A stretch of DNA of 64,000 nt from Lytechinus pictus. Lineage: Eukaryota. Positions 24,912-39,200 of the stretch are shown here, piece by piece. How positions within the stretch are numbered: position 1 is the first letter of the stretch; every line of letters starts with the position of its first letter. The position numbers and the translations under genes were made by a program. Under the pieces are notes generated by a model. The model worked only from the letters and a program-made list of their open reading frames with translations, made no database searches and had not been told where the DNA came from. The stretch lies in assembly GCF_037042905.1 (NCBI RefSeq), contig NC_087245.1, forward strand, positions 15,812,001 through 15,876,000, read 5' to 3'.

Positions 24912-25512
24912 TTAAAGGTCAAGTCCACACCACCAAAATGTTGACTCAAATAAATAGAGACAAATCAAACTATATATAACACTGAAAATTTCATCAAAAT
25001 CGGATGTAAAATAAGAAAGTTATGATATTTTAAAGTTTTGCTTATTTTTCACAAAACAGTGATATGCACAACTCAAATGGGACAGTCGATGATGTCCCTT
25101 ACTCACTATTTCTTTTGTTTTTCATTGTTTGAATTATACAATATTTCATTTTTTATAAATTTGATAATAAGGACCAACTTGACTGAATTATATAGTATTA
25201 AACAATGCTCATATCACATGTTCAGGGAAGAAATAATCGTTGTTTCACTTGACAATGAGGATAAAAATAGGATATTCCCTGTTTTATATAATATAATACA
25301 AAAGAAATAGTGAGTGGATGACGTCATCAGTCTCCTCATTTGCATACCCACCAGGATGTGCATATAACTGTTTTGTGAAATTAAGCAATACTTTAAAATG
25401 TCATAACTTTCTTACTTTACATCCGATTTTGATGAAATTTTCAGTGTTAGTCTTGTTGGAATTTTCTCTTTTTATTCAACTCAGCTTGTTGTTGGGGTGG
25501 AATTGTCCTTAA
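24912..25512. mobile_element. Kolobok-like MITE with ~160-bp terminal inverted repeats and TTAA flanks
   Basis: TTAA-AGGTCAAGTCCAC ... GTGGAATTGTCC-TTAA; arms include aaaatttcatcaaaatcggatgtaaa / tttacatccgattttgatgaaatttt. Confidence 0.8.
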
Positions 25513-27904
25513 AGGAAGTTACCCGAATTTGGACGCGGGAAGAGAGAGAGAGGGGGGAGAGTACATATAAGGCGGGAGAAAGATTGGCAGACGATCTCGC
25601 AAGATACTCAGTGTTGTTAATCCCACGTGACATGTTCAACAAGCTAACCGCCTAAATTCGAAAACGAATCACCTTCAAATTGCCATCGAATTAGACTTGT
25701 TAGCCATGCGTCTTTCTCTCTCTCCGGGTTTTCGCCTTCTCTTCTTCTCTCTTGCTCTCTCCACCTTGTGCTCCATCTCACTTCCTCCGCTGTTTATCGA
25801 ATAGCGGGTAGCTGATTTGAATTATTTCATTATCTAGTGGAATGGGAAGTGAAGTGCTTGGTAAACTAGTGTGACAAGAACGTCGTAATGCAAGAAGCAA
25901 CTTTGATCCTTCACCTCCGTGTTCTTAACTTTAACTCCCCAGCCTAAAACACAATGTATATGTTTCTTTCTTCTGTTCTCAATAAGTCGGGGAGTAGCGA
26001 ACACGCAGGGGGTAATAACAAATCAATTGATTACCTCCAACCTAACGCCCCCACCCTCTCTTATTTTTCAATCGCCTTCGTAACTCTTGCTATCTTACTT
26101 TGCCTTATATCAAAGTATCTCTCCCTCTCATACAAATTACCAATCCTTCTCTCGCTAACCCTCTCTGTCTCTTTCTCTTCTGTATATCTCCTTTCCCCCA
26201 TTCTCCCCCACCGATGCCATGTCGAATTGCCCCCTTTTTTCCACCAACAATGTCTCCCTATTCCTGCCGTCTTGTTCTAAAGAAACACAGCAAATGTTAT
26301 GCCTCGTGATTTCTTCAAAGAGCCTAACCTTTTTGATTATCCACTTCAGTAATTTTGGTTAATTGTTATCATGCTATTCTCGGTAAATAATGTGGAGAGT
26401 AAAACTTATTCTCTTTCAAATGTTCATTCCTGAATCGTGTGAAACGAAACACCTCTATTTCAATTTATTCATGTTTAGTTCTGAAAAATCAATGCAGCTT
26501 TCGCTGTCTGACTTTAACTCAAATTTGTCCCCTTTTCAGTGTGAGTTTTTTTTTTCTTGTCCATCGTGTCCACAATCCTTCCAAATTTTCCGATAACCCA
26601 CTTTGTAAACAATTATCTTCAGATTACACAGATTATGCTAGAAATTTGATTACACTTCAAAATTGAAAACATTATGAATATGGTTCTGTCAAACGTGAAA
26701 CAAATAATAACTTGTACATGTCTCCAATGACCACACGTTATACTATACATACAATTTTTTTTTTGCTTGAACCAGAGAATACTGTAGATATACAATAATA
26801 TTTGAAGATATGACTTTGAAAGAAGGATATGATTTCCGCTGCATGGATCTATCAAACTCAACTTGATTTGCCCTTCTTGAAAAAAACAAGGCCACAGTGT
26901 AACCTCGAAAACTACAAAACATTGACATTCTTCCCTTGTTTTAAAGTAAAAAAAAACATCCGGAGATACTTTTAGTTCTCAAATCACTATTGTCATGGGA
27001 AATTTTGCTTCCCCTGATACATGAGATACACGTTTATTCATAAATACTCAAATCGTAACTAATTTATTTGTATCCTGGAATGGAAATAATTAAATTATAA
27101 TTTTTCAAAGTCTCTCGAAGGATCGATTATACCCTCAAAGCATCCTCATTTAAGAGAACCCCTTACGGCAGTGCCTAGCTTTGGCACAAAAAACAACTCT
27201 TGTAGCGTCAAAATTCTTCAAATCAAGATTTTTTATTTTACTTTCAAATGGGGAACACCACAATACCACACGATCCGCAAGAAAAGCAGCATGGCGTGAT
27301 GGAGGTTATGGCGAAAACGACTTCAGCCCAATTGCCAATATAAGCCACATCTCATGAGTGATGTTTATTTTCTTCGCAAAACTGTGGAACGAGTGTTTGA
27401 TTGCGGGTTACTCTCACTAGTTTATGAATTTCTTAAAGGGGCCCGGATCACATTGAAATGAACTTCCATAAGTCCTCTATAAAGCAATAGTCAATGTTCT
27501 GTTGGCCTAAAGACTGGATAGAAAACCTCAACTGTGTATAAATTAAGTGTGATCTTTATTTTAATCATTATAGGTAGTTCGTAATCTTGCCACTTCACAT
27601 TGATTATGAATAAAATGCATTATTTTGGCAAAGCAGGTGACAAATATTGTCGTTATAATATGTGCCACTTGCATCTTCTACACTGTCTTGTGGAATAAGA
27701 TTAACTATTTTGAAATTTAGTTTGCTACACAAAAACCTGATATGATAGGTGGTAGAAATATTGGTTAACCATAAAATAACACTGGGCAGACTCATTCAAT
27801 ATTTTAGGACATTCTCTTTCCATTTACAAATAAAATTGGACAAGCAAACGGTTTTCGACAGCAGCAATGCTATGTCAAGCGCTGGGGTTTCATCAAGCCC
27901 AATA

Positions 27905-28420
27905 TGGCTATTGAATTGGGTAAACCTTGACGATTTGACTCAAAGTCGTTTCTCTGCTGAGAGTTAGAAATATATACTAAACCCGAATTTATCAATCGAA
28001 TCATTGTATATCTTAATGGTTTGACTCCAAGTCGTTTCCTTGGCGAGGGAATAGGTTGTACAGAACCTAAATAGCAATGTTCACCATCGAATTGGCCTAA
28101 AGGTTGACGATTCTATCCCCAATCATCCCTTTGCAACACATTAAATTCACAACAAACCCCAAACTAAAGTTTGCTACCGAATTAGCAAAAAATCTTGAAA
28201 ATTTGACTAGTCGTCTTTTTGCAGAAGATTTAAGTTGTACCAAGCTCATAGAGAAACGTTACAATCGGATCGGCGTAAACCTTGACGATTAGACCTCTAA
28301 TCGTCCATTTGGAGAGGGTTAAAGTTAAAGCAAACCCAAACCTGCCGAGGGACATATATATACCATACACAAATCCAAGGTTATCATCTAATCAACGTAA
28401 GCCTTGAAATTTTGACTGTT
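27905..28420. repeat. Highly degenerate ~90-bp tandem repeat (5-6 units)
   Basis: Motif atcgaat(t)...cttgacgatttgac recurs at 27926, 28012, 28103, 28194, 28281, 28403. Confidence 0.6.
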
Positions 28421-31340
28421 AAACAATATTCTTTGGTAGCACATCCTTGAGCAACACTTGGATCAATTTGCAGTATCAGCTGATGCCTCGGCTCGGAGTT
28501 TTGCCTGATGTCGACATTTGATATCATCTTTAGAAATATAATAATTTATCAAAATGCCCCATCATGCTCATGGCGACCATATTCTGATATCACTTTTCTT
28601 GCAAATCTGCTAGTCTTTGAATACGTTTGTTTCTTTTATATAAGTTAAGCATTGCATTTTAAAATGTCCTTTTGCACAAAAATACACGCACTACAAAGAG
28701 AAACAACGTGATGGAACAAATATAACTATCTTCAGGAAAGGCCAATATTTTTCCAACAAAAATGGTAACCTTCATTATATTTTTATTTTTCAATGACAAA
28801 TAGGCATCTTATTAAGTGTGCGATGATCACGTGCATCTGCTGTATTTATATAATCATCTTGATAGTTTAACGTAGCTTTCGAATCATAGTATAAAGCTGA
28901 TCAGTCTGAAGTAAATATCGAAGAGTTTGTGTATATAGAAACGCGGTGGTGGTATGAACGATACAAAACTTACAGAAAAGTAAACGGGTCACATTAAAAA
29001 ATGAAATAAACATACAAATAAACAACCACCTCCACTAAAGCATAATTTATGCAACTATCATTCGACATGTTAAATTAAATGGCATCTTGATCGATAAGCA
29101 ATTCATTTCCTTCGAAATGATTGCTGTAAACTATTATTGATGGGCCACCCCCCTTCCATTTGATACCCGACAACATAGCTATTACAGGGGTGAAGGTGCT
29201 CGGTGAACAAAGTGAAATCAATTTATTTGTATGTGTGCGTGTGGACGGAGAAGGGAGAGGGGAGGTGTTGGGCAGGGAAGAAAACATGTAAATGATTATA
29301 ATAATATAATTCCGCGAAAATGAACGTGCTAGCAGGAATAATACAGATATGAAAAATCCGTAGTATCAGGACCAACATTACAGAGTATATAAATAAATGT
29401 ATACATAGAACTCTCCACGATGTTTCCCCGCCCCCTCCCGTTTCCCGAAGAATTGTCATAAAAACCTAAGAAGTGTTAACAAAATTTATGAAGGAACATG
29501 TACGGCAGGCCTTTAAAATGGAATAGCTTGGGGATGGCGAATAATGAGCGAGTTTCGCTTATATAGTACGGGTCTATCAACAACGCCGGCGCATGTGGTA
29601 AGTCCTTTTAAAATTTATTCTTTCATATCAAGGGTAGAAAACAAATCTTGATGTCAAAAATTGAACTCTTTATATCAACAAAACAATTCTTGACATACAA
29701 AATTGTATTTCGGATATCAAGACATACGAATAAATGTTACAAGGGCTCGCCATACGCCCGCATCGCTGGAAGTCCAGTATGTCGCTCAACGAAAACTCGC
29801 TATTAGAAAGGGGAGGGGGTAATTTCATTACCAATCTGGTAGAACGTGCAATCATTACGAATGTTTATATGAGATGGTGAAGGGTGATGAGTGGACTATC
29901 AACATTTGTGGCTGGTCAACGGACATAAAGCTGGAACACTAGTGGGCAAGAAAGGATGGCTTAAAGTATGTGGTATGCAAAAGGCAAGAGCCTCCGTTGA
30001 TTTTGTACATGAGAACATAACTAATTTCAAAGAGACGTGGGTTTGTTACATATCATGGCTGTTGACTGCTTACCATTGAGAGTGGAGAGGTAAGCTCTCA
30101 TTTATACATGACTGTAATATCGGCAGAACTTCAGGTCATACATTTGGCATTGGGATAACATAAATGGTTATACAATTCTTTTTAAAAAGGTACTACGAGT
30201 GATAATTAAGAATCACTTGATTTTTGCATGAAATCTTATGTTATTGACTGTAAACCCAAATCGGGCATTGTTTCTCTCGTAGTGATAACGATGATTGAAT
30301 AATAACTTGGTATCATCAGATCTATTGTGATTTCATATTTGATGCAGTATATGCATCGATTAAAAATTGAATCTGCCCTGAGACATGGGAAAATAAGAAA
30401 CTTATGATACTCTTTATTCATTGACAAATATTGAGCTATCATATTTGCAGAATAAAATAGTGGAATGGATAGTGTTCCATATCGTAGAGGCGCAGGGACT
30501 AAACACCAACGAACGATTTGCAATACGCTTTTTAAGCATTATATGAATCTTGAAACAATCTGTTTCTGGGTCAAGCTGCTATATCGAACAAAGTCGAACT
30601 TTGCAATCTGACGAACTAACGTCTTGGAGCGTGCCACCGGTATCTCTAAAAACATACAAAATGCAAAGAAAATAGACATAGCATATGAGAGAAAATAGGG
30701 TAAAAATGTCAGTCGTAATTCTGCGTTTGGTCTAGGGGTTGTGGATAGAATAGTGTATCATATTTCTGGCACGCGATGCCCAGTCCCTCCCAGTGTGTCT
30801 CCTGAGTGGATAATACATGGAATCAGAGCTTATCTCGTGTTGGGACAACAGACGATAAGGGGAAACTTTACACCGACAAAAACAAATACTAGGGATCTTT
30901 CGGTATGTTTATTTATCCCTTTACTACTCCAGCCCATGTATTGAGTGAGAGGACGATAAGCCCAGATAACGAAGTTTACTTGATGCTGAGCTGCCCCGAC
31001 ACCAATTCCTTTCCTACCAGCTGCTGCCACAGACATGTGCACTGAGATAAAATAAATCACTAGATTAAAAGACACGGCAAGAGATTGAATAATGAAAAGT
31101 TACATAGTATATACATAAAATAAGTCATAAATAAATAAACTCTTAAATTGGGCCAGATGCGTTTGTGTGATGTGATATAGAAGATAGAGCTTGTTGAATA
31201 TATATCGTAGTGTGAGAATGAAAACTGAATTACTTTTGATGATGTAAAATAAATATCTAAAGGTTTGTAGCGGAAAAGATACATTGACGGCATTCGATTA
31301 GGTCGTGCAATAAGGTAGATGAAAGTCATTGAACCATTAA

Positions 31341-32099
31341 CCCTAATTCTCCCGGGGGGGCCATAATGGCCCCCCCTCTACTATTTTCGCGATATATCTG
31401 CTGCGCGAAATTTTTTGACCTCGCCGCTCACTGACTTTTTACTTTCAAGTCTCACGCAAATTTTGAGACCAAATTTGTGACACCCGGGTACGCGGTTACG
31501 ACATTACGCAACATTATGTAAGGGCATGTCAGACCCAAAATTGCTCATAAATGTGATTTCATGTACAAATCCAATGCAAATTGTGTATTTAGCCAAAATT
31601 CATAAATGTATCATTATTTCTACTTTTACTGATTAAACTTAATTAATTTTGCCTTGTTTATGATCAGAATTAAGTCTGGAACGATTTCCATTGAAAAAAC
31701 AATAAAAAACAAAAAGTAAAAAAACAAAGAAATACATAAGAAATTCATAAAACAATAAAATACATAAGAATTTGATTTCCAAACCAAAGTTTTTTTAATT
31801 GCGATTGTTAAGAATGCTACAAAGAATATTCTTACCAAAAATTAGCAGTCTAGGAGCTTTATTTAGTGTATTAGAGCAAAAAGTATGATTTATGCATAAA
31901 TTAGCATAATTAATTCATATAAAATAAAATCTCATTATTTTTGATAATTTTACCATACAGCCTTGTAGATTACATCACACACTACCAGCGTGCAAATTTT
32001 TGCGTCGCTCGCGCGATCGGCGGCCGAGATCTTAAGGGGGGGCCATAATGGCCCCCCCCCCGGAATGACAAGAATCAAAATACCCCGGGAGATTGAGGG
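31341..32099. mobile_element. piggyBac-like MITE (759 bp)
   Basis: TTAA|CCCTAATTCTCCCGGGG ... CCCCGGGAGATTGAGGG|TTAA; quasi-palindrome GGGGGGCCATAATGGCCCCCC near both ends. Confidence 0.85.
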
Positions 32100-32212
32100 T
32101 TAAGAAACAAAAAAAGAAAATGTTATATTTACGTTGAAATAATATTTGAAAATTCGCCTTTGTATCTTCACCAAAAGGTGATCCACTCTGCTTTAATCCT
32201 CTACTGTTAAAT

Positions 32213-33157
32213 CGGCTCGGTGTAAAAATAGCAACTGTAATAATGCCAGAGGTAAAAATGAATGAGGTAAAAATGATAACACTTGAGTTGGTATTTCTTA
32301 TTTTTTCCTGGACTTACTTACATGCACGACCTTCTCATGTCAAATCGCTCTTCTAATATTCAAATTTGAAGCTACACTTTGAATCCCAAATATTGTACTT
32401 AATGCATTACAGGGGAAATTCACACTGATATAAAGTTTATCAAAGTGATATTGGTAAGGGTTTTAGGAAATCCATCAAAGATTTAAAACTGCTACTAAAA
32501 TTTTACATGTTAATGGGGACGTCATTTGCGAGCAGTTTTCATTTGCGAGCAGTATATGGTGTAATAAAAAATATAAATGAAATGTCATTTAAAATAAATT
32601 AAAACGGTTTTAATTGTACCTCAAGTATGTTAACATACAAATAATTTCACCATTTTGGTGCATACGGGGTAGTTACTAAATCCCGAACTTGTCTATCTCA
32701 GTGTGTTATTGGTAGCGCACATTGGTGTTTACATTACAATTCGTTCGGAATGTATGTGATTAAGTGCTGTTCTACTATACAAACTGGCCAAGATAAATCC
32801 GTTCATCACTCACTTATTGAAATCATTTTGGCATGAAAATGTTTGAGTTTAATCATATCAACAATAAAGTATAGATCTAAAATGATGAAAAAAATCAAAA
32901 TAATATCTCATCACTTCATAATACTCATTTTGTCGATAGGAGTCCATTCAAGGTCAATAATTATGACTGATATTAACTGGAAAAGGCTATATCTTTTCCT
33001 TGCTGATCTAACATGTCATGATCTTTATCTCTGTCATTTTTACCTCTGCCATTATTACCTCTAACATTTTTACCTCTTCCATTTTTACCTTTGCCGTTAT
33101 TACCTCTGCCATTTTTACCTTTGCCATTTTTACCTCTGCCATTTTTACCCGGCACCG
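32213..33157. mobile_element. Foldback-like non-autonomous DNA element with inverted arrays of a 15-bp repeat and 6-bp TSD
   Basis: CGG...CCG ends; TTAAAT on both sides (32207-32212, 33158-33163); (catttttacctctgc)n at ~33035-33150 mirrored by degenerate gaggtaaaaatg units at ~32220-32280. Confidence 0.7.
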
Positions 33158-33284
33158 TTAAATCACATATGTTTATATGATAAGCCAGCATTTGCGGAGT
33201 GTATAATATTTGAAATTGATTTGGAATAATTTCAGATTGTATTAATGATATTACTATGATGGGATAACTACAAAGCACGCGGAA

Positions 33285-36200
33285 AAGACCTAATGTAGAT
33301 ATAATCATACTATGTATAACATTGCGATTCAAACAGTAAAATACTGTAGATGTTATCATATTGTGGTATGTATAATGGGATTTAAACATTGATCTACTGT
33401 AGATATAAACTTACCATGGAACGGTTGGATTTAAACAGTGATCTACCGTAGATATATACTTACCATGGTACAGTGGGATTTAAACAGTGATCTACTGTAG
33501 ATATAAACTTACCATGGTGCAATGGGATTTAAACAGTGATCTATTGTAGATATAAACTTACCATGGTACAATTGGATTAATACAGGGATTTAATGTAGAT
33601 ATAAACGTACCATGGTGCAATGGGATTTAAACAGTGATCTACTGTAGATATAAACGTACCATGGTACAATGGAATTAAGACAGTGATCTACTGTAGATAT
33701 AAACTTACCATGGTACAGTGGGATTTAAACAGTGATCTACTGTAGATATAAACTTACCATGGTACAATGGAATTAAGACAGTGATCTACTGTATATATAA
33801 ACGTACCATGGTGCAATGGGATTGAAACAGTGATCTACTGTAGATATAAACGTACCATGGTACAGTGGGATTTAAACAGTGGTCTACCGTAGATATAAAC
33901 TTACCATGGTACAGTGGGATTTAAACAGTGATCTACTGTAGATATAATCTTACCATGGTACAGTTGGATTTAAACAGTGATCTACCGTAGATATAAACTT
34001 ACCATGGTACAGTGGGATTTAAACAGTGATCTAATGTAGATATAAACTTACCATGGTACAATGGAATTTAAACAGTGATCTACCGTAGATATAAACTTAC
34101 CATGGTACAGTGGGATTTAAACAGTGATCTAATGTAGATATAAACTTACCATGGTACAATGGAATTTAAACAGTGATCTACTGTAGATATAAACTTACCA
34201 TGGTACAGTGGGATTTAAACAGCGATCTACTCTAGATATAAACTAACCATGGTACAGTGGAATTTGAACAGCGATCTACTGTAGATATAAACTTACCATG
34301 GTACAGTGGGATTCAAACAGTGATCTTATGTAGATATAAACTCACCATGGTACAATGGGATTTAAACAGTGATCTACTGTAGATATAAACTTACCATGGT
34401 ACAGTGGGATTTAAACAGCGATCTACTCTAGATATAAACTAACCATGGTACAGTGGAATTTGAACAGCGATCTACTGTAGATATAAACTTACCATGGTAC
34501 AGTGGGATTCAAACAGTGATCTTATGTAGATATAAACTCACCATGGTACAATGGGATTTAAACAGCGATCTACTGTAGATATAAACTTACCATGGTACAG
34601 TGGGATTCAAACAGTGATCTTATGTAGATATAAACTCACCATGGTACAATGGGATTAAACAGTGATCTATTGTAGATATAAACTTACCATGGTACAATTG
34701 GATTAATACAGGGATTTAATGTAGATATAAACGTACCATGGTGCAATGGGATTTAAACAGTGATCTACTGTAGATATAAACGTACCATGGTACAATGGAA
34801 TTAAGACAGTGATCTACTGTAGATATAAACATACCATGGTACAGTGGGATTTAAACAGTGATCTACTGTAGATATAAACTTACCATGGTACAATGGAATT
34901 AAGACAGTGATCTACTGTATATATAAACGTACCATGGTGCAATGGGATTGAAACAGTGATCTACTGTAGATATAAACGTACCATGGTACAGTGGGATTTA
35001 AACAGTGGTCTACCGTAGATATAAACTTACCATGGTACAGTGGGATTTAAACAGTGATCTAATGTAGATATAAACTTACCATGGTACAATGGAATTTAAA
35101 CAGTGATCTACCGTAGATATAAACTTACCATGGTACAGTGGGATTTAAACAGTGATCTAATGTAGATATAAACTTACCATGGTAAAATGGAATTTAAACA
35201 GTGATCTACTGTAGATATAATCTTACCATGGTACAGTGGGATTTAAACAGTGATATAATGTAGATATAAACTAACCTTGGTACAGTGGGATTTAAACCGT
35301 GATCTACTGTAGATATAAACTTACCATGGTACAGTGGGATTTAAACAGTGATCTACTGTAGATATAAACGTACCATGGTACAATGGAATTAAGACAGTGA
35401 TCTACTGTAGATATAAACTTACCATGGTACAGTGGGATTTAAACAGTGATCTACTGTCGATATAAACTTACCATGGTATAATGGAATTAAGACAGTGATC
35501 TACTGTATATATAAACGTACCATGGTGCAATGGGATTGAAACAGTGATCTACTGTAGATATAAACTTACCATGGTACAGTGGGATTTAAACAGTGATCTA
35601 CAGTAGATATAAACTTACCATGGTACAATGGAATTAAGACAATGATCTACTGTATATATAAACGTACCATGGTGCAATGGGATTGAAACAGTGATCTACT
35701 GTAGATATAAACGTACCATGGTACAGTGGGATTTAAACAGTGGTCTACCGTAGATATAAACTTACCATGGTACAGTGGGATTTAAACAGTGATCTAATGT
35801 AGATATAATCTTACCATGGTACAGTTGGATTTAAACAGTGATCTACCGTAGATATAAACTTACCATGGTACAGTGGGATTTAAACAGTGATCTAATGTAG
35901 ATATAAACTTACCATGGTACAATGGAATTTAAACAGTGATCTACCGTAGATATAAACTTACCATGGTACAGTGGGATTTAAACAGTGATTTAATGTAGAT
36001 ATAAACTTACCATGGTACAATGGAATTTAAACAGTGATCTACTGTAGATATAATCTTACCGTGGTACAGTGGGATTTAAACAGTGATCTAATGTAGATAT
36101 AAACTAACCATGGTACAGTGGGATTTAAACAGTGATCTACTGTAGATATAAACTTACCATGGTACAGTGGGATTTAAACAGTGATCTACTGTAGATATAA

Positions 36201-39200
36201 ACGTACCATGGTACAATGGAATTAAGACAGTGATCTACTGTAGATATAAACTTACCATGGTACAGTGGGATTTAAACATTGATCTACTGTAGATATAAAC
36301 TTACCATGGTACAATGGAATTAAGACAGTGATCTACTGTATATATAAACGTACCATGGTGCAATGGGATTGAAACAGTGATCTAATGTAGATATAAACCT
36401 ACCATGGAATAGTGGGATTTAAACAGTGATCTTATGTACATAGAATCTTACCATGGTACAATGGGATTTAGACAGTGATCTACTGTAGATATAAACTTAC
36501 CATGGTACAGTGGGATTTAAACAGTGATCTAATGTAGATATAAACTTACCATGGTACAATGGAATTTAAACAGTGATCTACTGTAGATATAATCTTACCA
36601 TGGTACAGTGGGATTTAAACAGTGATATAATGTAGATATAAACTAACCTTGGTACAGTGGGATTTAAACCGTGATCTACTGTAGATATAAACTTACCATG
36701 GTACAGTGGGATTTAAACAGTGATCTACTGTAGATATAAACGTACCATGGTACAATGGAATTAAGACAGTGATCTACTGTAGATATAAACTTACCATGGT
36801 ACAGTGGGATTTAAACAGTGATCTACTGTAGATATAAACTTACCATGGTACAATGGAATTAAGACAGTGATCTACTGTATATATAAACGTACCATGGTGC
36901 AATGGGATTGAAACAGTGATCTACTGTAGATATAAACTTACCATGGTACAGTGGGATTTAAACAGTGATCTACTGTAGATATAAACTTACCATGGTACAA
37001 TGGAATTAAGACAATGATCTACTGTATATATAAACGTACCATGGTGCAATGGGATTGAAACAGTGATCTACTGTAGATATAAACGTACCATGGTACAGTG
37101 GGATTTAAACAGTGGTCTACCGTAGATATAAACTTACCATGGTACAGTGGGATTCAAACAGTGATCTACTGTAGATATAATCTTACCATGGTACAGTTGG
37201 ATTTAAACAGTGATCTACCGTAGATATAAACTTACCATGGTACAGTGGGATTTAAACAGTGATCTACTGTAGATATAAACTTACCATGGTACAATGGAAT
37301 TAAGACAGTGATCTACTGTAGATATAAACTTACCATGGTACAGTGGTATTTAAACAGTGATCTACTGTAGATATAAACTTACCATGGTACAATGGAATTA
37401 AGACAGTGATCTACTGTATATATAAACGTACCATGGTGCAATGGGATTGAAACAGTGATCTACTGTAGATATAAACTTACCATGGTACAGTGGGATTTAA
37501 ACAGTGATCTACTGTAGATATAAACTTACCATGGTACAATGGAATTAAGACAATGATCTACTGTATATATAAACGTACCATGGTGCAATGGGATTGAAAC
37601 AGTGATCTACTGTAGATATAAACGTACCATGGTACAGTGGGATTTAAACAGTGTTCTACCGTAGATATAAACTTACCATGGTACAGTGGGATTTAAACAG
37701 TGATCTAATGTAGATATAATGTTACCATGGTACAGTTGGATTTAAACAGTGATCTACCGTAGATATAAACTTACCATGGTACAGTGGGATTTAAACAGTG
37801 ATCTAATGTAGATATAAACTTACCATGGTACAATGGAATTTAAACAGTGATCTACTGTAGATATAATCTTACCGTGGTACAGTGGGATTTAAACAGTGAT
37901 CTAATGTAGATATAAACTAACCATGGTACAGTGGGATTTAAACAGTGATCTACTGTAGATATAAACTTACCATGGTACAATGGAATTAAGACAGTGATCT
38001 ACTGTATATATAAACGTACCATGGTGCAATGGGATTGAAACAGTGATCTAATGTAGATATAAACCTACCATGGAATAGTGGGATTTAAACAGTGATCTTA
38101 TGTACATAGAATCTTACCATGGTACAATGGGATTTAGACAGTGATCTACTGTAGATATAAACTTACCATGGTACAGTGGGATTTAAACAGTGATCTAATG
38201 TAGATATAAACTTACCATGGTACAATGGAATTTAAACAGTGATCTACTGTAGATATAATTTTACCATGGTACAGTGGGATTTAAACAGTGATATAATGTA
38301 GATATAAACTAACCTTGGTACAGTGGGATTTAAACCGTGATCTACTGTAGATATAAACTTACCATGGTACAGTGGGATTTAAACAGTGATCTACTGTATA
38401 TATAAACGTACCATGGTACATTGGAATTAAGACAGTGATCTACTGTAGATATAAACTTACCATGGTACAGTGGGATTTAAACAGTGATCTACTGTAGATA
38501 TAAACTTACCATGGTACAATGGAATTAAGACAGTGATCTACTGTATATATAAACGTACCATGGTGCAATGGGATTGAAACAGTGATCTACTGTAGATATA
38601 AACTTACCATGGTACAGTGGGATTTAAACAGTGATCTACTGTAGATATAAACTTACCATGGTACAATGGAATTAAGACAATGATCTACTGTATATATAAA
38701 CGTACCATGGTGCAATGGGATTGAAACAGTGATCTACTGTAGATATAAACGTACCATGGTACAGTGGGATTTAAACAGTGGTCTACCGTAGATATAAACT
38801 TACCATGGTACAGTGGGATTTAAACAGTGATCTAATGTAGATATAATCTTACCATGGTACAGTTGGATTTAAACAGTGATCTACCGTAGATATAAACTTA
38901 CCATGGTACAGTGGGATTTAAACAGTGATCTAATGTAGATATAAACTTACCATGGTACAATGGAATTTAAACAGTGATCTACCGTAGATATAAACGTACC
39001 ATGGTACAATGGAATTAAGACAGTGATCTACTGTAGATATAAACTTACCATGGTACAGTGGGATTTAAACAGTGATCTACTGTAGATATAAACTTACCAT
39101 GGTACAATGGAATTAAGACAGTGATCTACTGTATATATAAACGTACCATGGTGCAATGGGATTGAAACAGTGATCTACTGTAGATATAAACTTACCATGG

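Noticed and set aside
29530..29570. Minus-strand TATATAAG as the receptor promoter
   Set aside because: Spacing to the best Inr-like motif is ~20 nt and such motifs are frequent in AT-rich DNA; no independent support
32973..33389. ORF with GKNGR repeats
   Set aside because: Translation of the 15-bp subterminal repeat of a non-autonomous element; no splice or domain support
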